A DNA stretch of 64,000 nucleotides from Octopus vulgaris (taxonomy: Eukaryota), in the NCBI GenBank assembly GCA_951406725.2, contig OX597825.1:38440001-38504000 (forward strand), read 5' to 3'. Numbering within the stretch: position 1 is the stretch's first letter; each line of letters starts with the position of its first letter. Of the stretch, positions 40,702 through 54,936 are shown one piece after another. Below the pieces are notes generated by a model that was given only the letters and a program-made list of their open reading frames with translations, searched no databases and had not been told where the DNA came from. The position numbers were made by a program, and so were the translations under genes.

Positions 40702-40775
<74 letters not shown>

Positions 40776-41736
40776 TTTGAGAACAACTTCATATATTTGT
40801 TTGTTGCAATGTAGTAGACCTCATTCAAACAGTATATGTGTGCGTGAGTGTGTGTGGGCGTGTGTGCGCTCATGTGTATGCATGTGTTTGCATTATTCTT
40901 GAATTGCTTAACAGATGCATATCTAAACAGTTAAATAAATATAAATCTTACAAAAAACACGACTTATTCACTTTCTATTATTCCCTCTTAACGCAAACGG
41001 GGATTTTACATACATTTGGTGTTCTGTAAGAGGTTTTCCACTCTTAAAAAATAAACCTTATTCTTCCAGGTTTATACAGAGTGATGCGATTCCTGGTGCT
41101 GCTTATTCAAATTTATTGTAAACAGAACTCATTCTGTACATTTGTGTCACGGAATATAACGTAATACTTGAAGATACAATTTTTTAAAAGTATATATTCA
41201 AATTTTCTTCAAACAATAATTATTTCTACGCTTACAGTACAACAGCAGATATTGGAAACTAATCACAAATAAAGGATTATGTAGCATCGGTAGCTCTTAA
41301 TATCAGCTAAGCATCATCGTTCGAAAAACATCCCACCGACTTATATTAAAACGAATATACTGGGTAGCGGAGTTTCTACAGTACATTGAGAAGGCGATAT
41401 TTCGATAATACTTCGATTATTTGTGCTCTAGATTAGGCCTAACCTTGAACAAATACAATAAAAACTCAAGTGAGTGCAGTGCATACTAGACGTATGCATC
41501 GTTGTCTCAGTTTAGCTCAAAAGTGAAGCACTGGATGCGTAATGAAAGGGATGTGATTTCTAGACTCATGGCTGGCCGCCGACAGATTTTTCTGCAAAAT
41601 ATGGGTAGTTTATCCTGTTCGTGCTATATTATTAGCATTATCTTGCATTTGAGAATAAAATTATTTCCTTAACTTTCAATACATCTCAACGCTTATAAAG
41701 CCAAACTTTGTTTACCTTCATCGTAATATGAATTTA

Positions 41737-41798
<62 letters not shown>

Positions 41799-41882
41799 AC
41801 ACACACATATATATATATATATTCATCCATAAATATGTACGTACACAGGCACGCACATACCCACACTCCACACACATACACG

Positions 41883-41943
<61 letters not shown>

Positions 41944-41952
41944 AAAAATATC

Positions 41953-42019
<67 letters not shown>

Positions 42020-42138
42020 TTCGGAATGGTCATATTGCCAGTTTAGCCAATAAAAACACACGCACTATATATTTGGTGTTATTTTGCTTCAGTGATATTT
42101 ATTTTTTACATTAATCTTAATCTTATTTCGGCCAAACG

Positions 42139-42169
<31 letters not shown>

Positions 42170-42520
42170 ATATATATAAATATATATATATATATACATA
42201 TATAACTTTAAGTTTTGTTGACTATACGATTCATTATTCATTTAATTAAACAAAATATGGATTTATATATATCACTTATGGGAGGATTATATGGAAGTTG
42301 ATATTTGCATATTAATTATGGCAACATTCGTTGAAAGTAAAAGTGATTTCATTCTTACAAATATACTGTTCTGAGCTTTCATTTTCCCAATATAACTTCG
42401 TCTTAACTCATTTCCATTACGGAGGATAATGCAATGATGTTAAAACATCAGCTCTATAATCTATCGGTTATATTATACATTTTTAGCGCTTATTCATTTT
42501 AACACTTATATATATATATA

Positions 42521-42561
<41 letters not shown>

Positions 42562-43639
42562 AGCAAGGGAGAAAGATAGAGACAGAGAGAGAAGGATTGT
42601 AGATAGCGAGATATAACTGATGTCAAAAGAATATTTTAATCTTTCGAGGAACGTGAAATAAATCTGTTTTGGAATAATGGATTAGATAGAAATAACAGCA
42701 TGTAAATTTTACGTTCAGAAACCGTTCAGAAACCATACGGATAAAAAAAGATGTTTGAAACTGCCAGTGGGAATGGAAACTGCATATGTAGGCATTAGAG
42801 AGTTCGAGTCCGACTGGTAGCCTCCAAAACTTTCCATACAAAATGGGTTTTTCAACCTGATATTTACATTCTCCTTTTTGTAACTTCGTAATTCATTTAT
42901 TCTAAAAAAGAATTCTCTAAATATAGATAGATAAATACATACATATACACATGCACACACACGCACACGCAGATATATGTGTGCATTTACATGAAGTTAT
43001 ATATGTATATGTAAGTAAGAATATGTGTGTGGTGTATGTTAAAATTAATTAATATGCTGATGATTACCGAACAAAATTCTGTTTATTGATAAAAAGTGAG
43101 GATGTGAGAGAGATATGGGTTGCTGCATTCACATATAAAGAATTACATAGTATTGCACAACTTAGAGAGACAAGTGGTTTGATAGACAGATAATTAGAAA
43201 TCTAGGCATAAAAGAAATTGAAACGCACATACGTTACCAATTTTCTTGATTGATAGGTAGTAAGACACATATATGTGTAACAATCAACCATCTCTCACAT
43301 TGAGAGATTCATAGAAGATGTGAGTGGCAAACAGTAAAGTTAATATATTGATTGCCAACGAACTAATTCACAATTCGAGGCGTCTACGTAGACAGCATCA
43401 TAGATGAACACAAAATTGAAGAGACTCGAATATTCAATACTATACAAGTTAATGTCTTTGTATTTTTGAAACAGAACGTCTAAATATCAGTAGTTCTATA
43501 ATACTGATAGGGGATATAGGTTTTTGTATTACAAGCAAGCAGAGTTAAATAAACGCTGAAGAATCTCGAGCCAGGTATATACAATATTACAGAAGGATGA
43601 CCTGAGATATATAGATATACGAAGTGTTTGATTCCAGTT

Positions 43640-43790
43640 TGGACACATGGTCAGCATTTTCGAGGAGGAGCTAAGTCGATTACATTGACACCAGACCTCA
43701 AAAGGTAATTTTGTAACAGGCACCGAAGGCTGAGAAACTAAGCTGTACGTGAAGTTGTTTGCATGACCACATAACGAAACTCATACGGAG
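43640..43790 (-). mobile_element. Degenerate Nin-DC-like SINE fragment
   Basis: TAAGTCGATTACATTGACACCAG resembles the reverse-strand tail seen at 13040-13080. Confidence 0.45.
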
Positions 43791-44237
43791 CTCAAAACAA
43801 TTAACAAAGCATACATAGACTCTCCCAACCATACACGCAAGAGAACATTCCAATTGAAAAATCTTATTTTTAGATGCCCGATGCATCAACAACCAGAAAG
43901 AAAAAAATGCATCAAATTCTTCTGTTTGGAAAATGTCATGCTAATACAAAGAATGCAAGAAGAATGGGTGATGGGTTCAAAAGGATAGTAAATACTCAAA
44001 TAATTGATTATTTAATTATTTTATCAATTAACTGAAAAAGAAAAGACATATGGATACAATGTGATTTGGGTGTGATGAAATTGTTTTTGAACGCGCTATT
44101 TTGCAGCAACAATGTCATAACAGTTACAAAAATTATATATATCTGTGCGCGCGCGCGGTTGTATCTATCAGTATCAATTTATCTATCTATCTATCTCTCT
44201 GTATGTATGTCTGTCTCTCTCCCTCTCTTCTTTCTAT

Positions 44238-44288
<51 letters not shown>

Positions 44289-44321
44289 TGAGAAAGTTGA
44301 TGTGTAAAAGAACGTGGTTGA

Positions 44322-44645
44322 ATATATAGAAAATAGTAAAAAGTGAAAATACTACTGAAGGCTTGTTTTAAAAGGTTAAAAAATATATATTTGAGTCATT
44401 ATGTCAGAAGAATGTTATAAATTTTTTCATACAGTGACATAGTTTTTGAAGAAATTACCGGTTTCGTGTTTAACTTTTCAAATTTCTCAAAACATTGTTA
44501 TGATTTCGTTAAGACGTGTAAAGAGGAGTTCCAGGTAAGGGGAGGTATTAAGTGATTTCTTCCGGTGTAATGACTCAAATATATATTTTTTAACCTTTTA
44601 AAACAAGCCTTCTGTAGTTTTTTACTACTTTCTATATATATATAT
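44322..44645. repeat. Foldback element with perfect 45 bp inverted arms
   Basis: 44357-44401 is the exact reverse complement of 44568-44612; pairing extends imperfectly outward. Confidence 0.9.
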
Positions 44646-44659
44646 TCATTCTTATATTA

Positions 44660-45345
44660 TTGAGGCGTTACGTGCACCCCCCCGTTTGTTTGTCCAATTT
44701 TAAAACCCTGCACGACTTCTATACACACTGTCTTTTACTACCCGCCATTGCTTCTTCACCAAACTTTTTGGCGCCCTCCGATTCTTCCTCCCATCCTCCT
44801 CCCCTCTTCCTCCCATCCTCCTTAATCCCTTCTTTCTCCTTCTCTCTTGGTCACTGATTCTGTCCCCTGCCTTCCACCCTCTTTGATTCCCTCTCTCTCT
44901 GTCTCTCTTTCTCTCTCTCCTGCGACCTGCTGCTTCTTAAACCATTCTGTTGGCCTTCGTATCTCGACCAACATGTGTCCCCGCTACCGAAACGGTAATT
45001 ATTTCTACGCCAGCTATGTTGTTGTTGTGTTTTTGTCTCATTTGGTCTAAAGTCGTATGACAACCACCGTTCTATATATTTTGTTTATTCATTACTGTTT
45101 TCAATTTCGTTTTCGTCTCTTGTATTCACATCCGTCTTGTGCGTTCACATTCCTGTCTTCTACCAAGAAATCTAATGCTTATAGCTTAGTTTTTTTTCTT
45201 GGGGCTGGCCGAGTTGGAGCAAATATCAGAATTGAACAGCCGAAATTTGCTATGATGATTCGGTGTCTGACTGAAGATTGAAGGCTTCGAATGATTTGTC
45301 TGTGTTCCGTGTTCGTCCCTTCCTGTATTTCACGTTCATTATATA
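44660..45345 (+). repeat. Interspersed repeat with pyrimidine-rich tract; 45060-45345 homologous to 39310-39605
   Basis: Direct similarity to copy A, including an identical 26-mer; possibly a Penelope-like 3' region (inference). Confidence 0.55.
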
Positions 45346-45359
45346 TAAAAACATTCATT

Positions 45360-45414
<55 letters not shown>

Positions 45415-48400
45415 ACATACGTATGTATTTACCAATGTGTGTGTGTATACATAGTCACATGAAATATACACCCCCACCCAAAAAAGAATAACAAGAAAAG
45501 TCAATTGGATGAACATAGAGAAAGTAGAAATTTGACATCCAGTGAAAGTTTAAAATGGTAAACTAAGTAACGAATTGACGTTTTTGGCATAGCTCTTTGT
45601 CGGAGAGATGAAAAATACCAAAAGAAAAGGAAAAGGAGGAAGGAGCTGATAGTACGGAACGAAACACCTGTGTCATTAAACGGCCAGTAAATAACTGACT
45701 GGAAGTTGGAGACAGTAGAGTATGTAGGTTCTGCAGTCAGTAAAGGGCAACAATATTCCGTGTGTGTGTGTGTGTAGGTGTGTTTGTGTTGGAGTGGGTT
45801 AGGCGTTTCTATTTTGAGTGCTATGTTACGTTAACGTGTATGTGGAATACAGAAAAGTTGAGAGTAAAAAAAAACAATAAAGTTACAGGAAGTGAGTATA
45901 TACAAACGTACATGCATATATATATATATATATATGTATCACTACAAGCACAAGCGCATACACACGCACACACACGCACGCATACACGTGCTAAAAATCC
46001 CACGTATACCTACCCACACAAGTCCTCGTTCACACACACATACAGACACACATACACACGCACACACACATGCACACAAACATACTTCAAACTACCATTT
46101 AAACACCTTTCTACTGACCATTCTCCTATGCACATGTGCAGGGAAACACACAACAGACTCCTACCAAAGTTCTTACTATAAATTCTTCCTACGATCTTAA
46201 GTGACCCTAGTCCAACCACACACATACATAAACAGCCTCAACCACACACACACACACGCACATACACGTGCTATCATTACACGCACACATATACACGGAC
46301 CTGCCCGCACGCACATTCCCACTCATACACACTCATACCTCCTCTTGCACTCTCCTCTCATAGAAATAACTTTTTCTTCAACCATTCCCTTCCGGTCATT
46401 TCAATATGTGACTGCGCGTGTATCGTTGGCGATTTTCTTTCACCGTCTTCCCTTTGCTGAGCGTCCAATAATACAGTACTTATTCCACGTCCTCGTGTGG
46501 CTTTTCCTTGCTTGTTGTTTGGATTGACTATATATATATCCATAGATAAATATATACATACATACATACACACCTACATATATATATATATATAAACACA
46601 AACGAATGATTATTTCAAAATCCGGGCAGATAATTTGTACGCACTCCATATCGTCCAGTTGGTAACATTAGAAAGCGCGTAGATCATACTTTTGCAGCTA
46701 TAGATCCGTTCCGATAGTGAATCCTGAGTTCACTTCGATGAACTGCTCATAAAATCTCAGAGTGTATTAGAAGTACGTATTACTTTACTATTTGTACCCC
46801 TACATTAAATTTACATTACTATATTTTTATTTTTTTACATCTTGGCTGATTTTGAAACATGTATCACTCTAGACTAGTAATGAATCCGTTTGTCACATAA
46901 CTGAGTGACCGAATACTCACAGGTATCAACTAAATATGTGTACTCCATGTTTACTATTAGTTCATTCATTGAGCATTTGTGATGTTTGAATGTCTTGTTT
47001 TTTTCTTTTCTGATTTTTTTTTTATTTGTTGTCAACACTTAGGAGGTAGTTACAAGTAAACAATCGAAAGGCCATTGTTAATATTCAAGAAATAGTAACG
47101 CTAAAGGCTTGAATGACGAAATACCGAAAAGACTTTTGTATATATATATAAGAATGTAGATAAATATCTAAATGTGGAAGCGTATTCAAATTATATAGAA
47201 TATGTAGAATTAAAACGCTCTGTATCTTCTGCGCAGTGAAAATGTACTTCTGTTAGATTAAAGCAGTCCTTTTGGTTGACAGCTGACCTAATTTCTGACT
47301 GATTTTTCGCCCCCCCCTCCTATTGCTATAGCGCTCAGTACCTTAAACAACCTAGTTATATTCTAAGAAATATATTATGCTTTAGTTTTATCTATATCTT
47401 ATCAAATTTCAAAATTGCCTTCGAATTATTTTCGTTCCATATCTTTGACAATTTAATGCTCATATTTTCCATCAATATTACTTGTTTACATATTATGTAG
47501 GTGATCAAATATCTCTCTATTTATCGTTGTACAGTAAATTTGTTCCCAAACCATTCTCGCACTTACATTGAGCCAATATATCTACCTTAATGTAAATGTA
47601 ATACCAACCAATTTCCTTTTCATTTTTCTGACTATTCTAACGACATACATATTAGTTTTGCCTAATAATTTATAATATTTCATAAAGTTACTGCCAATAC
47701 ACTGCATCAACTACAAGTTGCTCTTCAGTCTCAGGACATCGTTTATTGAGCAAACCTATGGTCAAAGTTATTCAAGGCAGGGCCTTCTAAGCTTTCTTTT
47801 TACAATATGGCACTACGAAACACACAGTATCAAAATGTATTTTTAATAAAACAGTACATTTTGATTTGAGGTAATTTACTTGTTACGTCTAGCAGATGGA
47901 GATGGGAGCCAGGATCATTCTTTAGAATTTTTTTTTCATATAAAGACAGGTTGCGAGAACATATCTTCATATGGCGAATGAGTGATGTTTCTCTTCACAT
48001 AAGGTTATTTGCTAAAGTGTCCTCCTTTTATGCATTACAGATCTGAATGAAAATTGCCAGGTGAAGAATTATTTTGCTGTTGGTTCTATATTTGGTGATG
48101 TGATTAAACCAATTTATTTTTCTTTATTCTTTTTTTTTTCGGAAATGCTCGTATATTAAATTTGCTCTTCGATTTACTGTAGATATTTATGCTTAGTGAT
48201 AGAAGATACGAACCATATATTTTTTTTTAAATATCATCTAATTATGCACGTGTCCAAATATTGCAGCTGATCAGTTAAGCACGTTCCTTATCGATAAATA
48301 TATGCTACAGATTTATTCAGGTAGCCTAGTGCACTTGACTTGTTTGGAATTTCTTTCAAATAATTCGATCGTTTTATTAAATTGACAAACACCCACACAC

Positions 48401-48949
48401 AAACGTACACACATGCAGTAAGGACTTAAAATATATATAATTGACAACATTTCGAATTCGCGATGATGAAGATGTATGAAGCATATAAGTTCTTTTTAAC
48501 TTAATAGTTTTATACAGAGAGTACAAAGTTATAAAAAATTCAAATTAATATCTAAAATTGAGCCATACTTCTTTATAATCTCTAATCACTTGACACGTAG
48601 TACCCATATATAAATCTATATATGTATGTATATATATGTATATATGTGTGTGTGTGTGTGTGTTTATATATCTACACACACATATATAAATTTACATATA
48701 TACATATATATGTATACATAAATACACATATGTATGTATATATATATATATAGATAGATATGTATTTATATATATATATATATATATGTATGTGTGAATA
48801 CATAAATACACACATATACATGTATGGGTATATATAAATATAAATATATATATAGACATGCATACATCCGCTCACAAACACATATATAGCCATAAGTATT
48901 ATGTTAATATATTGGATTATTTCTTCTGCCTTATCTTTTCAGATTCTAA

Positions 48950-49860
48950 ACTAAATTCCACTGAGAATTGCTCTTCACCAACCATAATCGATTTATTACC
49001 AATCTAACACACATTGCCAACTCAGGTACCTAGAAAGCTTTATTGCCAATTAAAAGGCGAGTGACGAGCATTAGGCATGTCATATTATGCTATTTGGTAA
49101 TATTCAATTGTCCTCATAATATTGTTTTGTAGAGAGAAGAGTTTTATTGTTCAGTATAGAATGTTGTAGTGAGAAATTCCAAAGCCTTATGGTCTATAAT
49201 GTTTCCATTACCCACATTCTAGATAATACACAAAACCATATTTTACAGTTCTTCTAGCATGTTTAAATGGTATTTGTCATATTTTCGTTTTCCAAAGGCT
49301 ATTATTATTCCTTCAGAATATGCATTTCTCTACAAGCTATGTTTTTAAGTGCTATGTTTGTTTCAGTTGTCATTCAATGCGAAAGAATATGACCCGTGTA
49401 TATTTTTCAGTTCCAGAGTTTCAATTTATGTCCGATGCGTTAGTGTCGTCAATATCTGTACATTGTGTTGAGATTTACATCTCGAAGGGGTTGTCCTGCA
49501 TATGGATTTCAAATGTGACTCCATGATTAACTATATTGCTGTTATAAAATCTTGATGTACTCTTATTTATAAAATATCTTAGATTAAATTTCTGAAGAAA
49601 TGTGACATACAGCAGACAGAAAGATGAGTTTTTATTCATATAAAGGCTGCGAGAATGAATCTTCAAGTAGTGAATGTGTAACCTTTCCCTTCAACATATG
49701 AATATTTGCGAAAGTGTCCTCTTTTTCATACACATTTGCACGCGAATTTTTATTTTCTCTTTGTTCTATATATTGCTGATGTGATTAAACCAAATCCTTT
49801 TACTTTATTACTTTTTTAATGCCCGTGGGTTTACTTCGTTCTTCGATTTACTGAAGATAT
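48950..49860 (-). mobile_element. Very degenerate CR1/L2-like RT relic; 49705-49860 duplicated at 48008-48186
   Basis: Minus strand VNHGV..FEIHMQDNP...IDDT, reminiscent of GVPQG..F.IY..D..YADD; both sites share AAAGTGTCCTC...TGATGTGATTAAACCAA...TCTTCGATTTACTG. Confidence 0.35.
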
Positions 49861-50034
49861 CATTAACTAGCATCAGCTACGATGCTTTTCTTAAATGTTA
49901 AAGTATTGTATATACTTAGTGAATATTATGCTTGACAATGAACTTTTATATATAGTGAAAGGGTAGTAATGAGAAAAGATGCATATAATTTTTTATACGG
50001 CTTCCGCATAACAGAAATAAAGGCTTCTATAATT

Positions 50035-51240
50035 TACGAGGATCGGTTGAAGCGTCCATAGGCTAAAGAGATGCTCACATGCAATGTGACCAAATAATAT
50101 TTAGTTTTCAACATATTCGTATTCTATTGCTGCTGTAATGCCTGGATCCCATTGGTTAAAGAGTTGCCATCCTGATGGTCAAAATAATCACTAACAGCCG
50201 ATATGTCATCATCAGTGCAATACTTGTACTCAGCCAAATGTGTTTCCATGTTGGAGAAGAGGTGACAGTCAGGAGAATAGGCAGAGTGATCAAGAAGTTC
50301 AAAGGCAGTCACGCACAACAGCTGTATGCTGGAGCATTTTCTTGATGCCACAAGAACCGTTTTGTCAGTTTTGCCAGGACGTTTGTTCTTATTAGATTTT
50401 CGTATTCGCCTTATGAATTTGGTGTAGCGCTCTCCATCTGTACATCCCAAACATCTGACGCAATCACCTTCCCTGCAGATGAAATGTCCTCAGCCTTCTT
50501 TGGGGAGGTTTGGAGGAATGTTTTCACCGCATGGATTATACCTTTGTCTCTGGTCGAAAGGGATATATCTATCACTCATCCTTGGTTATGCAATGTGCTA
50601 GGAAGCATGCTGGACTGCCTCAAACAATGTCAGATTTTGGCGTGATGTAATCAACCGGATGCGCTTCCGATCAGTTGTAAGAAGACGTGGCACCCACCGA
50701 GCAATGATGAAGGTTTCCCTTGTGCAGAATATTATCAACTCACTTACGGAATATGTTAATAGCCTTTTCTCTTTGTCAATCGCCTCCCACCTATCACATT
50801 GTAGTGAATTCGATCAATGTTTTCGTCAGTAATGGAAGTTTCAGGAGATCACATCCTTGGATCATCTTTAACATTCTTCGCTACCCTTCTACATTCAGCT
50901 GCTACCATCTCACATTTGCAGTGTTGATAAAGCTGGAGCGTCATAGCCTAATGTAGGAACCATGATGCCATGTATATCTTTGGGAGGTGGACCTTTTTCT
51001 GACGGTACTTGATAACTCCATGCTACCAAGTGCTACCAAGTGCTATTAATAAGAGCGGAAAGTAATGCATGCAAGATTTCATAGTTCAAGCATCACTTCT
51101 TCAGAGATAGCCAGTGCACTTTTCAGCACGCCTTCGCATAGGTTTTTGAGGTTGGTTAGAGACAAAAACATAGGAAATACGACTTCTATTGTAGGTAGCA
51201 ACAATATAGGCTCATCAACCAAGAACTTTTGCAAGCCTTC
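50035..51240 (-). mobile_element. Degenerate near-full-length mariner
   Basis: Terminal TA-CGAGGATCGGTTGAAG; minus-strand FELLDHSAYSPD..HLFSNM..HLA, RWVPRLL and DDPRM; TIR-like AAAAGTTCTTGG at the far end. Confidence 0.8.
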
Positions 51241-52234
51241 TTTCAGGCTTATACGGATGCTATGTCAATAGAATTTTACTCATATATCCAAAGTCATCTG
51301 CCGAAGGTTTTCTTTCAATGGAAATGAAACGGAAAAGTCAGAATCTTGATGTCAGTGATAAAAGGTCAGATCCAATTAAATCATATTTTATCTGTAGGAA
51401 ATTGTGACATTAAAATTTCTCAGAAACTCATTTATTTAGTCTTTTGCACTATGTTGATTTTAAAATGTATTCATTTAACATGTTTCTTTGCATTAATCTT
51501 GATATATACTTTATTAATGACTCAACACGACTCTACTGTATCATTAACTTCCTATTTACTCAAAAATATCAATGGTAACACAGCTAGTATTCCCTGGGCT
51601 TATTGAAATATGATGTTACAAATGACTATGTTCATGATTTGCGAATAAATCAATTATAAATATTTTATGGTATTTCTACACCGGCTATTCTCATCGGTAC
51701 CGCTGCTACTGCTACTACTACTACTCCCTCCACCACCATCATAATTATTATTTCCCCTATTATGATTCTTCCATTCTTAATCAAGTTTTTCAATATAGTT
51801 GTCAACTTTGATTCTTGTTAGGATTGATTTCTACATGGCTAAATATTTCATTCGGGGCACCGGGAAGCTGGGTTTATATGGCTCAAATCTCATTGAATAT
51901 GTACGTCATACCTACAATGCATTAATTGTATGTAAGTGTTGTTTTTCGTTCTTTTATCGACTGCTAACTTGTTGTCGCATAGAGAAAATATGAGTCATTT
52001 ACTTCGTGCAATTAATTCCCCAACTTATAGTTATTGAACGTAGTCGCTGGAAGTGGTTGCTGTATCGCACTTCATGTGACATCATCAAAAGTCGCACGAC
52101 TACAATTTTCTGCATACTTTGTGTTAATTACTTTGTGTATCAGTAGGAAAGTTCAGAAGCACACTGAAACACCGAGAAATGGAAGCGAGCTCCCCACTAA
52201 AATTGTATTCGACACTCCTAAAATAAGATAAAAC

Positions 52235-53330
52235 ACACCGAGTTCTGTGGTCTAAGATAAAATGTTTGAAATTTTGGTGGTTACAAATGGGATGTAATTG
52301 GTTATATGTCTACACTATTAAGACCTTTTAGGCGCTAAACGCCTGGTCCAATGTGCGAAATATTTCTATTTATGTATCTTCTAGTCAGAATACTACTAAA
52401 CATTTTCACCAGCTTCTATATTGTATAAAAGCTATATGGCCATAAATTAGCTTAATATGGAGGTTGATTCGAGTACAGAATGTCGTGAAAGACGGATGGG
52501 TAAATAAGATATGTTAATTGGTTTGCCAATAATTGTAAAAGAGCCTTGCATATTTGTAGAGCATATTAACAAGTTTTTAGGTTTTTACTCGAATCTTATA
52601 TATTTTATGAATAGAATTGAACCAGTCTGCAACCTGGAATGAATTAGACCATAAATTGAGTTAAAGTTATTTCGGTAATGAAGGAATGTTTGCTAAGTAT
52701 ACCGATATCAGATATGGAAGGACAGATTTGACGGAGAGTTGGGTTATTGAAGAAGTAAGATTTGTGGCCTTTTAAAAGAAAACGGGGTTGCTATGGATTT
52801 AAAGGTGCAGTCTTCATTTGTAACATACTTTTCTATAATTTTCTTAGCTGACAGGTTTTTTACCAATGGTCTTGTATAATTTTGTATTTCCTTCCTGAGT
52901 AATTTTAGGTAATAATCGTGTTTAAGCGATACTGGTTACCAGTTTTATCCGATTGAACATGTACACCTTCCAAATTGTTTATTTCCTTGATAATATTATA
53001 TAGATATCTCAGATGTTTATTCCTTAAGAGGTAACGATGGAATTTAACATTCTTAACAATAATCCAGAGGTCCTCTTCAAATTGTTTAATCTCGGGTTAG
53101 GAGGAGTATTATTTTTAGATTTGATCAATTTACTAAATTCAGAATATTGGGCATTTGAGGGCGGTTTAATAGCGTTATTATCGAAAAAGAAAGCTTGCCA
53201 TTGATACGATTAGTGAAAGAATTGGTCTTTGTGTTGAGATGCTTAAGGAATAATTTTCTTGGGAAAATAGGTATATCTTTAAGTGAGGCTTGAATATTAA
53301 AGCGTTACGTTTGGATTAACTATTCAAGTC
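52235..53330 (-). mobile_element. Penelope-like element (Neptune-type) ORF relic, internally deleted
   Basis: Minus-strand frameshifted motifs SLKDIPI, KSKNNTPP, EIKQFEEDLWIIVKNVKF, QSDKTGN, LKGHKSYFFNNPTLRQICPSISDIGILSK (cf. LKDHK.NF.NNP.CRLINP.KS.IG.ISK), NLWSNSFQVADWF. Confidence 0.8.
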
Positions 53331-53334
53331 GCAG

Positions 53335-53398
<64 letters not shown>

Positions 53399-53467
53399 CA
53401 TAAGCATACATACATGAAAATGATACGTTTCCAGAATATAAATACAAAGTAGTTATATAATATTACA

Positions 53468-53533
<66 letters not shown>

Positions 53534-54288
53534 TCACAGCTGTTACCTTGTTCTGTGAATATCATAATCTTATGTAAACTACGCACTTTACAGCAAATAC
53601 TTCGAGATAATATTTCACAAAGAATGAGACATAGCATGGACCATAACACATAATTCTCATGCATCCACATACAACACATATTTATGAATGGGATGCAGAC
53701 CATAGAGATGTTTGGATGTGTGTTTTGATGTTATACCTCCTTAATGTGTGTTTTGATGATATACCCCACTAATGCCTTTTCTGTAATATTGTCATATATT
53801 TTTTTACTCTAATTGCGTAATTAATACCAGCTATTCACAGGATTAAACAAAACATTCAATTCGTATTGTAATATCATGTAACATATTTGTTCGTATGTTG
53901 TCTTTAATTATGATTGACAGTCCAGGCCCCTTCATTTATATTCGATCGCACTTTTCTTACAACGCAACTTACCCGCTTCTGGAGCACCTGATCTGATTAT
54001 GAATTTGGATTTTCTGCACTGCCTATGTATTAACTTGGTGCTTATCTAATCCTGCGCAAACCTATTTTTATCTTTAACACTTCACCACACAAACTTTACA
54101 AAGAGAGAGAGAGAGAGAGAGAGAAACACACACATGTAGACAGAGAGAGAGAAAGAGAGAGAGAGAGAGAGGGAGGAACTGAGAGAGAGAGAAACACACA
54201 CATAATCAAATGTAAATATGTATTAAATGCAAATATATATGTATATGCATATATATTAAGTGTGTGTTTTTGTAAGTATATATATAGT

Positions 54289-54292
<4 letters not shown>

Positions 54293-54363
<71 letters not shown>

Positions 54364-54371
54364 CATTATTA
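54293..54371 (+). repeat. (TAT)n microsatellite
   Basis: Direct reading. Confidence 0.95.
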
Positions 54372-54872
54372 CTCCTACAGCGTATTCGACGTGGAAGTGT
54401 TGCATCTAATTTTTCAACGCACTATGCTACATTGTTTTATTTTCTTTCATAAAAGTACGAGATTCGTTATTTTTCATTTTATATTTCCCAATCTTCTGTT
54501 ATACTTGTTTTATTGTTTATCTTTTAACAGAAAAATACAACCAAACTAAACAAATAAATTATTCGTATTTTAACAAATCTACGTGGAAGCTATAAGAACA
54601 CTCTCTAGGAACAGTAAAAATGTCAGACTGAATTAGAATTGTAATATCAGTTATGGTTTAGACTTTTTTCTCCTTGTTTTTTTTTTATTGCTGTGATGTT
54701 TTTATTGCGTCTTCTGTCTCCAGCCAGACTTTGTAGGTCTCCAGCTCTATAAATCTCCTAGTCTTTATCGTTTATATCATGAACGTCATCATTTTAATCA
54801 TCATTATCATAACCCACCTTTTCAATTTGTTTCAGTTCTTTTTTAACCATTTTGATCGAGCGTCACTTGTAA

Positions 54873-54936
<64 letters not shown>

